This document shows, piece after piece, positions 1 through 11,541 of a DNA stretch of 64,000 bases. The notes below the pieces were generated by a model. That model was given only the letters and a program-made list of their open reading frames with translations. It was not told the origin of the DNA and searched no databases. Position 1 is the stretch's first letter; each line of letters opens with the position of its first letter. Source of the stretch: an uncultured Acidimicrobiaceae bacterium (GTDB taxonomy: Bacteria; Actinomycetota; Acidimicrobiia; Acidimicrobiales; RAAP-2); the NCBI GenBank assembly GCA_963703105.1, contig OY969792.1, positions 2,311,385-2,375,384 on the forward strand. Direction: 5' to 3'. The translations under genes and the position numbers were made by a program.

Positions 1-284
1 ACCACAACCTGTTGCTCTCCCCGGCGGCCCACGCCGACAGCGTGCCGAACCTCGACATTCGAGAGAACGACGTCATGTGCGCCCACGCCTCGAGCGTCGG
101 ACCGCTGGACGAACTGCAGCGCTGGTACCTGGAGTCCCGCGGCGTCAGCCGCGATGACGCCGAGCGCCTGATGATTCAGGGCTTCTTCTACGAGATGCTC
201 GCCAACCTGCCCCCGGAGTTGGCCGAACTCGTGGAACGCGACGTGACCTCGGTCCTGGCGACGGTGAACGTGGTGACGCCGTGA
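1..284 (+). CDS. sufD: Fe-S cluster assembly protein SufD, C-terminal part (5' truncated by window)
   Basis: ADSVPNLDIRENDVMCAHASSVG...YLESRG...LMIQGF is the SufB/D C-terminal signature. Confidence 0.85.
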   Translation, partial: HNLLLSPAAHADSVPNLDIRENDVMCAHASSVGPLDELQRWYLESRGVSRDDAERLMIQGFFYEMLANLPPELAELVERDVTSVLATVNVVTP

Positions 285-596
285 ACGCCGTCGACATCGG
301 CCAGCTGAGCGACTTCGAGAGCGGCGTGCCGCGCCAGATTCACGTCGCGGACCGGACCCTGGTGGTCGTGCGCATCGAAGACGACGTCTACGTCCTGGAC
401 GACCGATGCAGCCACGAGGACTTCTCTCTGGCCGAAGGCGAGGTCGACTGCGAGGCGGCCGAGATCGAGTGCGCGCGCCACGGTTCGATGTTCCGACTGA
501 AGGACGGCGAACCGACGTCGTTGCCGGCGACGCGACCGGTGGCCCACTACGACGTGCGTACGCTTCGACGGTCGGCTGGAGGTCGTCCTCCCGTGA
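281..596 (+). CDS. Rieske [2Fe-2S] ferredoxin (SUF-associated); frameshift near 3' end
   Basis: CSH...CARH Rieske motifs. Corrected frame ends DGRLEVVLP* (TGA 594-596), overlapping the sufC GTG. Confidence 0.8.
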
Positions 597-1333
597 GCTC
601 CACCCTGACGATCGAAGGTCTGCGCGTGGCGGTGGCCGGTAAAGAGGTCTTGAAGGGCTTCGACCTCTCCATGAAGACCGGCGAGGTCCACGTCATCATG
701 GGCCCCAACGGATCGGGCAAGTCCACGCTGGCCCACGCCCTCACCGGACACCCGGGCTACACCGTGCTGGCCGGGTCGGTCCGATTGGACGACGTCGAAC
801 TCTTGAGCCTCTCACCAACCGAACGGGCGCGCCACGGCCTGCTGTTGGCGATGCAACAGCCGCTGGAGGTTCCCGGTGTGCGCCCCTACGACCTCTTGGT
901 GGCGGCCGGCGTCGACCCCACGAATCTGCGCCAACGCATGCGCGACGAGGCCGAGCGCGTGGAACTGCGTCCCGACGTCCTCGACCGTTTCGTGAACGTC
1001 GACCTCTCGGGCGGCGAACGAAAGCGCGCCGAGATCGTGCAGTTCGGAATGCTGCGTCCGAAGTTCGCCGTACTCGACGAGATCGACTCCGGCCTCGACG
1101 TCGACGCCCTCGGCGCGGTGGCTCGACGTCTGTCGCTGGCGAGTGCCGAGTGGGAGTGCGGCCTCTTGGCCATCACGCACTTCAAGCGACTGTTGCAAGA
1201 ACTCACGCCGACGAGAATCCACGTGCTGAGCGAGGGCCGCGTCGTGGCGACGGGCGGTCCGGAACTCTCCGACGTGCTCGAACGCGACGGCTACGAACCG
1301 TTCCGCGTCACGTCGGTGACCCCGGCGCCGTAA
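593..1333 (+). CDS. sufC: Fe-S assembly ABC ATPase SufC (copy 1)
   Basis: MGPNGSGKST, LSGGERKR, LDEIDSGLDVD. Confidence 0.9.
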   Translation: MSSTLTIEGLRVAVAGKEVLKGFDLSMKTGEVHVIMGPNGSGKSTLAHALTGHPGYTVLAGSVRLDDVELLSLSPTERARHGLLLAMQQPLEVPGVRPYDLLVAAGVDPTNLRQRMRDEAERVELRPDVLDRFVNVDLSGGERKRAEIVQFGMLRPKFAVLDEIDSGLDVDALGAVARRLSLASAEWECGLLAITHFKRLLQELTPTRIHVLSEGRVVATGGPELSDVLERDGYEPFRVTSVTPAP

Positions 1334-1355
1334 GAGCGACGGGTAAACTCGACGA

Positions 1356-2730
1356 ATGGCTGACGGAAGCAAGGGCACTCCGGGAGGCCCCTCAGAGAGA
1401 TCTTCCGGGGCTCGGCGACGGGCCCTCGCCAACGAGGGCCGACTCGTGGCCTTGGGAGACGCCGTCGATCGCCAGTCGGGCAAGACCCCGAAGCGCCGCC
1501 GCCGGCGCGGCCGACGGTGGCTGATCGCGGGCGTCGCCGTGGTGGTGCTCATCGTGGGCGTCCTCGGCGGGGGCTACCTCTACGCCAACTGGCGCTTCGA
1601 CTCAGATCCCCAAGATCAAGGTCAAGTACATCAACTACCCCGTGCCCGGTCAGCCGTTCAACATTCTGGCGATCGGTTCGGACTCGCGCGCCGGACTGTC
1701 GGGCAAGGTCGCGCGCCAAACGGGCGCCAGCATCGGGCTCGGTCGAGCGGGCAACGCAGTGACGTCATCAAGATCATCCACATCGACCCGACCGCGCGTA
1801 CGATCTCGATTCTCTCGATCCCGCGCGACACCGAAGTGACGCTGCTCGCCAACCAGACCCTCTACGGCAAGTTCAATCGCATCAACGTGAACTACGGCAG
1901 CGGGCCGTCGCTGTTAGTCCAGACGATCAAGGCGAACTTCGGCATACCGATCAACCACGTCATCCAGGTGAGCTTCGGTGGTCTCATCAACTCGGCCGTG
2001 GCGATTGGCGGGGTGTACCTGGACTTCCGCTACCCGTCGCGCGACCCGTACTCCGGACTGGAGATCACGCATCCGGGCTGTCAGCTCATTGACGGTTTCC
2101 AGGCGTTGGCCGTCGCGCGGAGTCGTCACTACTACTACGCCCCCGCGGGCAACCCGGTCTGGCCGAAAGACGCCGTCAGCCTCATCAACAGCGGCATCAC
2201 CCCGACCGGCTGGGTCTACGACGGGACGAGTGACTTCGGGCGCATCGACCGCCAGACCTCGTTCCTGCGCGCCATGTTCAGCCGCGTGAAGAGCAAGCTG
2301 GACGACCCCTTCGCGATGAACGGCTTCCTCGAGAACCTCCCTCAGGGCATTACCCTCGACAGCACCTTCTCCTTGAACGAGATCATCGGACTGGCGCTCA
2401 AGTTCCACGGCTACAACTCGGCGTCGATGCAGACCTACACGTTGCCCGAGGTCCCCGCGCGTGGTGAACGGCGCGGACGTGGAGTTCGTGGACGAACCGG
2501 CCGCGCAGCAGATGCTCGTCAACATCTTCGGCACCTCGCTCAAGCCGGTCACCGACCCGCCCCCGAACACGGCCCTGCAGACCCCGCCCCCGCCGGTGAT
2601 CGCGGCCACGACGACCACGACGGTGCACACCACGGCGACGCCAAAGAAGCACCACACGCCCCCCACCACGACCACGAATCCCACGTTGGCGCTGCCCGCT
2701 TTCGACCCGGTGCCCTGCACGCCGAGCTAA
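1356..2730 (+). CDS. LytR-CpsA-Psr (LCP) family protein, frameshifted
   Basis: N-terminal TM helix, NILAIGSDSR, RSDVI, SIPRD, DFGRIDRQ and a Pro/Thr-rich tail, spread over several frames. Confidence 0.85.
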
Positions 2731-2731
2731 C

Positions 2732-3209
2732 TCAGTTCAGCTGGTCGAGTCCTTGGATCAGCGTGTTCCACGCCAGCGTGGCGCACTTGATGCGCACGGG
2801 GAACTTGATGACACCTTGTAAGGCGGCCAGTTCACCGAGCGCGCGTAGGTCGACCTGCGGGCGGCTCGCCGTCGTGGGCCAGGGTCGCCTCCTGGACGGT
2901 CATGAGTTGCTTGAACGTGGCGATCGGTCTCGCGGACCTGATCGAGCGGCTTGCCCTTCACCGCGGCGCTCATCAGCGAGCGCCGACGACTGGGAGATCG
3001 AACAGCCGCTCCCGACCATCTTGATGTTCTTCAAGACGCCGTCCTCCACGTCGAGGTACACGACGATCTCGTCACCGCACAGCGGGTTGAATCCCTCGAC
3101 GCGGATCGCCGGCGGTGACTCCAGTTCTCCGCGGTTGCGCGGCGAGCGGTAGTGATCGAGGATGATCTCGCGATAGAGGTCGTCGAGGTTCGAGCACGAG
3201 GTTCGACAC
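2732..3209 (-). CDS. sufU: SufU (NifU-like) scaffold / sulfur-transfer protein, frameshifted
   Basis: LYREIILDHYRSPRN, GFNPLCGDE, GSGCSISQSSAS, KFPVRIKCATLAW across frames. Confidence 0.85.
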
Positions 3210-3211
3210 GT

Positions 3212-4445
3212 CTAGCCAAACATCTTCACCGCGTGACCGAGCGCCTCGATCAGTACGTCGGTGTCCTGGCGAGTCGAGTACGGCCCGTACGACGCGCGCA
3301 CGGTCGCGGCGAGACCGAAGCGGCGCATGAGGGGCTTGGCGCAGTGGTGGCCCGGTCGCACGCACACGCCGAACTGGTCCAGCACCTGGGCGACGTCGTG
3401 CGGATGGACGCCCTCGACGTCGAGGCTGATCACGCCGCCGCGCTCGGTCATGTCGCTCGGACCGATGACGCGAACTCGCCCCTGGAACTCGAGCGCCAGT
3501 CGCGCGAGGGCGTCGGCGGCCAACGCGTGCTCGTGACGCACGATGTTGGTCATGCCCAGACCCTCGAGGTAGAGGACGGCCGCGTTGAGTCCGACGGCCT
3601 CGGCGATCGGCGGCGTGCCGGCCTCGAATCGCGTCGGACCGTTGGCCGGCGTGTAGCCGTCCGTGCGTACGTCGGCGATCATGCCGCCGCCACCTAGGAA
3701 GGGCGGCATGGAGTCCAGGACGTCCTCGCGGGTCCAGAAGACCCCGATGCCGGTGGGTCCGAGCATCTTGTGACCGGTGAAGACACAGGAAGTCGATGTC
3801 GAGCGCGACGACGTCGGTCGGGGCGTGCGCCACCGACTGCGCGCCGTCGACCGCGATCAACGCTCCGTGGCCGTGGGCGATCGCCGCCAGGTCACGAATC
3901 GGGTTGATCGTGCCCAAGACGTTGGACATGCCGGTGATCGAGAGCAGTTTCACGCCCGTCATCAACTCGTCGATGCGCGAGAGGTCGAGTCGGTAGTCGT
4001 CGGTGGTCGGGATGAACCGGACCTCGACGCCGGTCTGCCTCGGCGAGTTGGAACCACGGCACGATGTTGGCGTGGTGTTCCATCTCGGCGACTAGGACCA
4101 CGTCGCCGGCTTCTAAGAACCGGGCGCCCCAGGACTTGGCGAGCAGGTTGAAGGACTCGGTCGCGTTCTTGGTGAACACGATCTCGCCGGCGCCGCCGGG
4201 CGCGTTGATGAAGCGCGCCACCGCCTCGCGCGACCCCTCGTACGCCGCGGTCGCCTCGCTCGCCGTCTGGTAGACCGCGCGGTGCACGTTGGCGTGGCGC
4301 AGTTGGTAGTAGCGACTCATGGCGTCGATGACGGCGTTGGGTTGCAGCGAGGTCGAGGCGGTGTCGAGATAGGTGATGGGGTGATCGAAGATCACGCGGT
4401 TCAGCTGCGGGATGTCGGCGCGGACCCGTCTGGCGTTGAAACTGG

Positions 4446-4449
<4 letters not shown>
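3212..4449 (-). CDS. sufS: Cysteine desulfurase SufS, frameshifted
   Basis: YLDTASTS, MEHHANIVPW, VDGAQS, GHKMLGPTG, RPGHHCA. Confidence 0.9.
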
Positions 4450-5206
<757 letters not shown>

Positions 5207-5248
5207 GGTGACGAGCCTAACGGCCCGATTCTGGCGAAGGACCAGCCG

Positions 5249-5866
5249 CTACCAGCCTCGCTCGACCCACTCCTCGAGGTGGGGTCGTTCGGTGCCGACG
5301 GTGGACTCGACTCCGTGACCGGGCCAGATCGTCACGTCGTCGGCGAAGACACCGAAGATGCGCTCGTCGATCGAGGTGATGATCGTCGCGAAGTCCTTCG
5401 CGTCGTGGTTGGTGTTGCCGGGACCTCCGGGGAAGAGGGTGTCGCCGGTGAAGAGCATCGGCGTCTCTTCGAGCGCGAAACAGATGCTGCCCGGCGTGTG
5501 ACCGGGCGTGTGCAGGGTCCGCAGGCGCAGGTCACCCACCTGGTGCACGATGTCGTCGTCGAGCAGGTGGTCGTAGCTGGGCAGCATGCCGGCGTCCTCG
5601 GTCCGCACCCACACGTCGATGCCGGCCTCGCGGACCGCTTCCACGGCGCCGATGTGGTCCCAGTGGCCGTGGGTCTCGAGCACCGAGGTGACGCCGAGCC
5701 GGCTCGCCACGCGCAACAGGCGGTCGTGTTCGTTGGCCGCGTCGAGCAGCGTCGCCTCGCCGGTCCGCTTGCAGCGAACGACGTACACGTTGTTCTCGAT
5801 CGGGCCCACGACGAAGCGGTGCACCTCGGCTCGAGCGTCGGACCAGACCAGTTCGACGTTGTCCAT
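5249..5866 (-). CDS. MBL-fold metallo-hydrolase (glyoxalase II-like)
   Basis: THGHWDH, TPGHTPG, FTGDTLF, PGHG. Confidence 0.9.
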   Translation of the reverse strand: MDNVELVWSDARAEVHRFVVGPIENNVYVVRCKRTGEATLLDAANEHDRLLRVASRLGVTSVLETHGHWDHIGAVEAVREAGIDVWVRTEDAGMLPSYDHLLDDDIVHQVGDLRLRTLHTPGHTPGSICFALEETPMLFTGDTLFPGGPGNTNHDAKDFATIITSIDERIFGVFADDVTIWPGHGVESTVGTERPHLEEWVERGW

Positions 5867-5957
5867 TGCTCCACTTTGCCACTTGGTGGGCCCGCGTCAA
5901 CGTTGAGTAATGTCGAAGAGGCTGGGATTACCGCCCGGTACGCACGGAAGGACTGCG

Positions 5958-7075
5958 ATGAACTTTGGATTCAGCGAGGAGCAAGAAGAGCTCCGCAAGA
6001 TGGTCAAGCGGTTCCTCGAAGAGAAGTCGCCCGAGTCCGAAGTCCGCCGTCTGATGGCCACCCCCGAGGGCTACGACACGGCCGTGTGGGAACAGATGGC
6101 CAAGGAGCTGGCGCTGCAGGGACTCGGCATTCCCGAGGAGTTCGGTGGTCAGGGCTACGGCCCGGTCGAGCTCTACGTGGTCTTCGAAGAGATGGGGGCC
6201 GCCCTCTTCTGCGCGCCCGTACTTCTCGACCGTGGCGCTCGCCGCCAACGCGGTGCTCTTCGTCGGCACCGACGCGGACAAGGCGGCCTACCTGCCGGGC
6301 ATCGCCTCGGGCGAGACCATCGCCACGGTCGCGCTGACCGACGACGCCGGACTGTGGGACCTCACCACCACCTCGACGACCGCGAGCGCGTCGGGCGACG
6401 GTTTCGTGGTGAACGGCGTGCGCAGTTACGTCACCGACGGCAACACCTCGTCGATCATCTTCGTGCCGGCCATGACCGCCAAGGGACTGTCGCTCTTCGC
6501 CGTCGAGGGCGACGCGAAGGGCGTCGTTCGTGAGTCGCTAGCTACGATGGACCAGACGCGCAAGCAGAGCCGCATCGTCTTCAGCGACGCGCCCGCCACG
6601 CATCGTCGGCGTCGAAGGCGAGGCTTTAGCGGGACTCGAGACGACGCTGCAAGTGGCCGCCGCCGCGTTGGCGGCCGAACAGGTTGGGGGCGCCCAACGC
6701 GTACTCAACAACTCCGTGGAGTACGCCAAGCACCGCGTGCAGTTCGGGCGACCGATCGGATCGTTCCAGGCGATCAAGCACAAGTGCGCCGACATGCTCT
6801 TGGACGTCGAGTCGGCCAAGTCCGCCGCGTACTACGCCGCGTGGGCCGCGCAGGAGCGCAACGACGAACTGGCGATCGCCGCGAGCCTGGCGAAGTCGTT
6901 CTGCTCCGAGGCCTACTTCCACTGCGCGGCCGAGAACATCCAGATTCACGGCGGCATCGGTTTCACCTGGGAACACCACGCGCACCTGTACTTCAAGCGC
7001 GCCAAGAGTTCGGAGCTCTTCTTGGGTGATCCGGCCTACCACCGCGAACTTCTGGCTCAGCGCCTGGGCATCTAG
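5958..7075 (+). CDS. Acyl-CoA dehydrogenase, frameshifted
   Basis: MNFGFSEEQ, RVQFGRPIGSFQAIKH, IQIHGGIGFTWEH. Confidence 0.9.
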
Positions 7076-7079
7076 CTCG

Positions 7080-7826
7080 GTGCTCGCCCACGAGCAACTC
7101 CAGAGCGGTACGTCGCTGCTGGATCTTCGAATCGCCACGTCGAGCGCGAGGCCGCTCGCCAGTCACGCGTTGATCGTCGTGCACGGACTGCCGCGGGCCA
7201 TGGGGATGGGCCGTCAGGCGGCCGGACTGTTGCCGGAACTGGCCGAACACTTAGCGACGGAGTCGGGTTGGATCGTCGCGACGGGCACCCTCTCGGGGGT
7301 GGGTGGCAGCACCGGCACGTTCTCGGCGACGCAGTGGCGAGCCGACCTGAAGACCATCCTCGAACGCGTCGACGAGGGGGAGCGCAAGATTTCGATGGCC
7401 GGTTTCGGCTTCGGCGGGGCGCTCGCACTGGCCATCGCCGCGGACGACGATCGGATCCGCGGCGTGGCCACGTTCGCCACCCCGGCCCACTTGGGGCCGT
7501 GGTGCGGCAGTGCGGAGGACTTCCGTCGAGCGGTGCAGATCGCCGGCGTGGTCGGTGACGAGCGCGACCTCTTGCCGGCCGAGCAACTTCGCGACGACGT
7601 CTTCGCGATCGACCCTTTGGTGTCGATCGCCAAGATTCCGCCGCGTCGTCTGATGGTCGGTCACGGGACCGAGGACATCGAAATTCCGCACTCCGACGCC
7701 CGGGACCTGGTCGCGGCGGCCGAGGGCCGCGCCGAACTTCGGCTTATCCAGGGAGCCGGTCATCAACTGCGCGCCGACCCGCGGATGGTGGCGACGTTGT
7801 TAGGTTGGCTCGACCGGCACCGCTGA
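7080..7826 (+). CDS. Alpha/beta hydrolase-fold protein
   Basis: VVHG, GFGFGG at the nucleophile elbow (no Ser), HGTED, GAGH. Confidence 0.65.
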   Translation: MLAHEQLQSGTSLLDLRIATSSARPLASHALIVVHGLPRAMGMGRQAAGLLPELAEHLATESGWIVATGTLSGVGGSTGTFSATQWRADLKTILERVDEGERKISMAGFGFGGALALAIAADDDRIRGVATFATPAHLGPWCGSAEDFRRAVQIAGVVGDERDLLPAEQLRDDVFAIDPLVSIAKIPPRRLMVGHGTEDIEIPHSDARDLVAAAEGRAELRLIQGAGHQLRADPRMVATLLGWLDRHR

Positions 7827-8445
7827 GAGCGCGGCGTCCAGTGCGTCGCGGAGCCGCCGGGTCGCCGCTTCGGGGTCCGCAGCTCCGGTGAGGGCGCGCA
7901 CGACGACGAAGTGACGCAGGCCGGCCACGACCAGGTCGGCGACGTTCTCGGCGCTGACGCCGCCGGTGACGAAGACCGGCCGGTCGCTGCGCGCCTGGCT
8001 GGCGACGGCGTAGTTCGACGCCGGTACCGGCGCGGCCCGGTTTCGTGGGCGTGGCGATGATCGGACCCGCGCTGAAATAGGTCGCCGACTGATTGAGCGC
8101 TTCGTCGAACTCCAACGTGGAGTGCGTCGAGAGCCCCACGATCGCCTCGGGACCGAGCAACTCGCGACAGCGCGACACGCTGACGTCCTCTTGGCCGACG
8201 TGCACGCCGTCGGCGCCGACCTCCACGGCCAGCTCCGGTGAGTCGTTCATGATGAAGGGCACGCCGAAGTCGCGACAGATCGGCACCAGGAGCGTGGCGT
8301 CGGCGATCCGGACCTCGTCGTCGAGGTCCTTTTCCCGGAGTTGGACGACGTCGACGCCACCGCGCAGGACCGCCGGCAGGAAGGTCGCCAGGTCGTCGCG
8401 GTGGGGCACGCAGAGATAGAGATGGCGGTTATCGAGGCCGGGCAC
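7800..8445 (-). CDS. thiE: Thiamine-phosphate synthase, frameshifted
   Basis: VVQLREK, IMND, DGVHVGQED, GLSTH, TPTKPG. Confidence 0.9.
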
Positions 8446-8499
8446 GAGGACCACCCTAGGAGTCGCTCGACGCCGGGCGCGGTACGGCAGAATAGACAG

Positions 8500-8958
8500 A
8501 TGCAGATACCCGCCAAGACCGAGTACGCCATCCGGGCGCTGCTCACCCTGGCGGCGAGTGACGTTCGGTGAGCGCCGAGCACCTGGCCCAGGAACAGGAC
8601 CTCCCGGCCAAGTTCCTGGGCGCCATCCTTTCGGACCTGCGGCGCGGCGGAACTGGTGACCAGCCAGCGCGGTCCGGAGGGGGGCTTCAAGTTGGCCCGC
8701 GACGCCGATCAGATCTCCATCGCCGACGTCGTTCGCGTAGTAAGCGGTCCGATGGCCGGCGTGCGGGGCATGCGTCCCGAGACCCTCGTCTACGAGGGCG
8801 ACGCCACGCACCTGCGCGAAGTCTGGATCGCGGTGCGCGGAGCGCTGCGCGAAGTGCTCGAACACGTGACGCTCGAGCAGGTCCTGCGCGGCGAACTGCC
8901 CGAGGCCGTGACGCGCTTCACCACCGAGTCAGATTCGTGGGTCACCCGGACCATATGA
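8500..8958 (+). CDS. Rrf2-family transcriptional regulator (no Cys ligands), frameshifted
   Basis: KTEYAIRAL, KFLGAILSDLRR, SQRGPEGGFKLAR. Confidence 0.85.
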
Positions 8959-9392
8959 AGCAGATTCATACCGACGGCGCCTGCCGCGGCAATCCCGGAC
9001 CGGGCGGCTGGGCGTGGGCCGAGCGGACGCGACAGCTTCGCCAGTGGCGCCGCGGCGCACACGACCAATCAGCGCATGGAGGTCATGGCCGTCATCGAGG
9101 CGCTCCGTGAGAACGAGGAGAGTCCGATCGAGATCGTCAGCGACTCGTCGTACGTCGTGAAGTGCTTCAACGACAAGTGGTACGTCGGGTGGCTGCGCCG
9201 GGGCTGGAAGAACTCGCAGGGGAAACCGGTCGCCAATCGCGACCTATGGGAGGAGCTCTTCGATATCGTCCTCGATGAAAACGCGACGTGCGCTTCTCGT
9301 GGGTAAAGGGACACTCCGGCGACGCGATGAACGAGTTCGTCGACGTCCTCGCGACCGAAGCGGCCGACACCCAACGCGGCCGTCACTCGTAA
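8955..9392 (+). CDS. rnhA: Ribonuclease HI, frameshifted
   Basis: TDGACRGNPGPGGW, TTNQRME, SDSSYV, VANRDLW, WVKGHSG. Confidence 0.9.
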
Positions 9393-9478
9393 CCGAGCAG
9401 TCGCCACGATCTGGTCGAAGGTCCGCAAACATTAGGATTCCCCCGGGGGTCATCCACTACCAGATTGAAGGAAACGCC

Positions 9479-10894
9479 GTGACTAACGAGGCCCAGCAGT
9501 TCGATGTCGTCATCATCGGAGGTGGCCCCGGCGGCTACGCCGCCGCCCTCTACGGGGCCTCGGCGGGGCTCAACATCGCCATCGTCGAGCGCGACAAGGT
9601 CGGAGGAACGTGCCTGCACCGCGGCTGCGTGCCCGCCAAGGAGTTCCTCGAGACCGCGCACGTCCGTCGAACGGTCGAGCACGCCGCCGAGTTCGGGATC
9701 ACGCCCAAGGGAACGACGGTCGACTTCGCCGTCAGTCAGAATCGCAAGAACGAGATCGTCGACCGTCTCTTCAAGGGTCTCTCGGGTCTCTTGAAGGGTC
9801 GCAAGGTCACCATCTTCGACGGCACCGGTCGGCTCGAAGCCGACGGAACGGTCACCGTGGTCGACGGCGCCGACGCCGGAGTGATCGCGAAGGGCGCGAA
9901 CGTCATCTTGGCGGCCGGTTCGGTGCCGCGCACGCTCCCGGGATTCGACGTCGACGGCACGATCGTCGTCACGTCCGATGAGTTCCTTGACCTCTCCGCG
10001 TTGCCGTCGACCGCGGCGGTCATCGGCGGTGGCGCCATCGGATGTGAGTTCGCGTCGTTGCTGGCCGACATGGGAACGACGGTCACCATCCTCGAGGCCT
10101 TGCCAGCAATCCTCACCGGTTGCGACACCGAGGTCGCCAACGTCGTTGGACGTTCGTTCAAGAAGCGCGGCATCGAGATTCGCACCGGCGTGACGATCAC
10201 TGGTCACACGCCCAAGAAGGGATCAACCACCATCGCCGTCGAAGGTGGCGACGACGTCACCGTCGACATGGTCGTCATGTCGGTCGGTCGCCGTCCGCGC
10301 ACCGAAGGCCTCGTAGCCGACGGCACCGGCGTCGTCATCGACGAGCGCGGCTTCGTGGTGGCCGACGGTCACCAGCGCACGGCTAACCCCCACGTCTACG
10401 CCGTGGGCGACGTAGTGGCCAACACGCCCCAACTGGCGCACGTCGGATTCGCCGAAGCGATCGTGGCGATCAAGACCATCCTCGGCGAGCCGAGCGTCCC
10501 GGTCGACTACGACCGCGTGCCCTGGGCGATCTATTCCAACCCCGAAGTGGCGTTCTGCGGTCTCACCGAGGCCAGCGCCAAGGAGAAGGGATACGAGGTC
10601 GTTGTGAAGAAGGACCCCTTCGGCGGAAACAGCCGCGCGCAGATCATCGGTGACACCGAGGGCGTCGTCAAGATCATCGCCGAGAAGCGCGCCGACGGGA
10701 CGGCCGGGCAGATCCTCGGCGTGCACATGGCCGGTCCGTGGGTGACCGAGCAACTAGGCGCTGGGTACTTCGCCGTGAACTGGGAAGCCACCGCCGAAGA
10801 GGCCGCGGCGCTGATCCAACCGCACCCATCTCTGTCGGAGACCTTCGGTGAGACGCTGATCGCGCTGGCTGGTCGGGGACTTCACGTCAGCTGA
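9479..10894 (+). CDS. lpdA: Dihydrolipoyl dehydrogenase (E3)
   Basis: GGGPGGY, GGTCLHRGCVPAK, GGGAIGCE, HPSLSE. Confidence 0.95.
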   Translation: MTNEAQQFDVVIIGGGPGGYAAALYGASAGLNIAIVERDKVGGTCLHRGCVPAKEFLETAHVRRTVEHAAEFGITPKGTTVDFAVSQNRKNEIVDRLFKGLSGLLKGRKVTIFDGTGRLEADGTVTVVDGADAGVIAKGANVILAAGSVPRTLPGFDVDGTIVVTSDEFLDLSALPSTAAVIGGGAIGCEFASLLADMGTTVTILEALPAILTGCDTEVANVVGRSFKKRGIEIRTGVTITGHTPKKGSTTIAVEGGDDVTVDMVVMSVGRRPRTEGLVADGTGVVIDERGFVVADGHQRTANPHVYAVGDVVANTPQLAHVGFAEAIVAIKTILGEPSVPVDYDRVPWAIYSNPEVAFCGLTEASAKEKGYEVVVKKDPFGGNSRAQIIGDTEGVVKIIAEKRADGTAGQILGVHMAGPWVTEQLGAGYFAVNWEATAEEAAALIQPHPSLSETFGETLIALAGRGLHVS

Positions 10895-10960
10895 CGCCCA
10901 CCGCGGTCGTAGCCGCGGATCTCTCTCGAGTCGACTGATTCAGCGCAAACGGCTCAACGT

Positions 10961-11455
10961 ATGCCACCATGGCGCGTGGACGAATTCGAACTCCTGAAGC
11001 GCGCCCTCGACCATCAGCGCGCACACATCTTGGCCACCGTGGACGGCCTCGACGAGTCGCAGCTCACGACCTCATTGGTCCCGAGTCACTGGTCCCCGGC
11101 CGGACTGGTCCAGCATCTGGCTCTCGACGTCGAGCGCTTCTGGTTTCAGGTGGTCTTTGCCGGACAGTCCGTCGAACGCGTCGGAGATCCGGAGCGTGCC
11201 TGGGACGTCGAGCCGGGCGGCGGTCTCGCCGCCGTCGATCGTTATCGGGAGGAGTGCTCGCTGTCCGATCAAGTCATCGCTGTCCACGCACCGCATGACG
11301 AGCCGGTGGCGTGGCCGGATTTCTTCGGAACCTGGCGCCTCTCAAACCTCTACGAGATTCTGTTGCATGTCGTTACGGAGACCGCGTGTCACGCCGGTCA
11401 TATGGACATTGTGCGCGAGAACATCGACGGGACCCAGCAGACGGTACTCGATTAA
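10961..11455 (+). CDS. DinB/DUF664-family protein
   Basis: SPAGLVQHLALDVERFWF, HVVTETACHAGHMDIVRE. Confidence 0.8.
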   Translation: MPPWRVDEFELLKRALDHQRAHILATVDGLDESQLTTSLVPSHWSPAGLVQHLALDVERFWFQVVFAGQSVERVGDPERAWDVEPGGGLAAVDRYREECSLSDQVIAVHAPHDEPVAWPDFFGTWRLSNLYEILLHVVTETACHAGHMDIVRENIDGTQQTVLD

Positions 11456-11541
11456 CGCGTAGGTCAGAGCGTCTCGAGGTTCTCGTCGGAGTCTTGTTCC
11501 TCCGAGAACGTCATAAAATCGACCTCGGTACAGTTAGGGAA

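Noticed and set aside
281-1333. Apparent Rieske-SufC fusion in the ORF track
   Set aside because: A one-base correction ends the Rieske gene at TGA 596, with a GTGA overlap into sufC.
3185-3209. Short tandem duplication (tcgaacctcg) at the sufU start
   Set aside because: It disrupts the frame and is most likely an assembly artefact.
11450-11540. attC-like element (TAAC...hairpin...GTTAGGG) after the DinB gene
   Set aside because: Box spacing is 4/7 rather than 5/6, the cores are not complementary, other junctions lack such sites, and there is no integron integrase.
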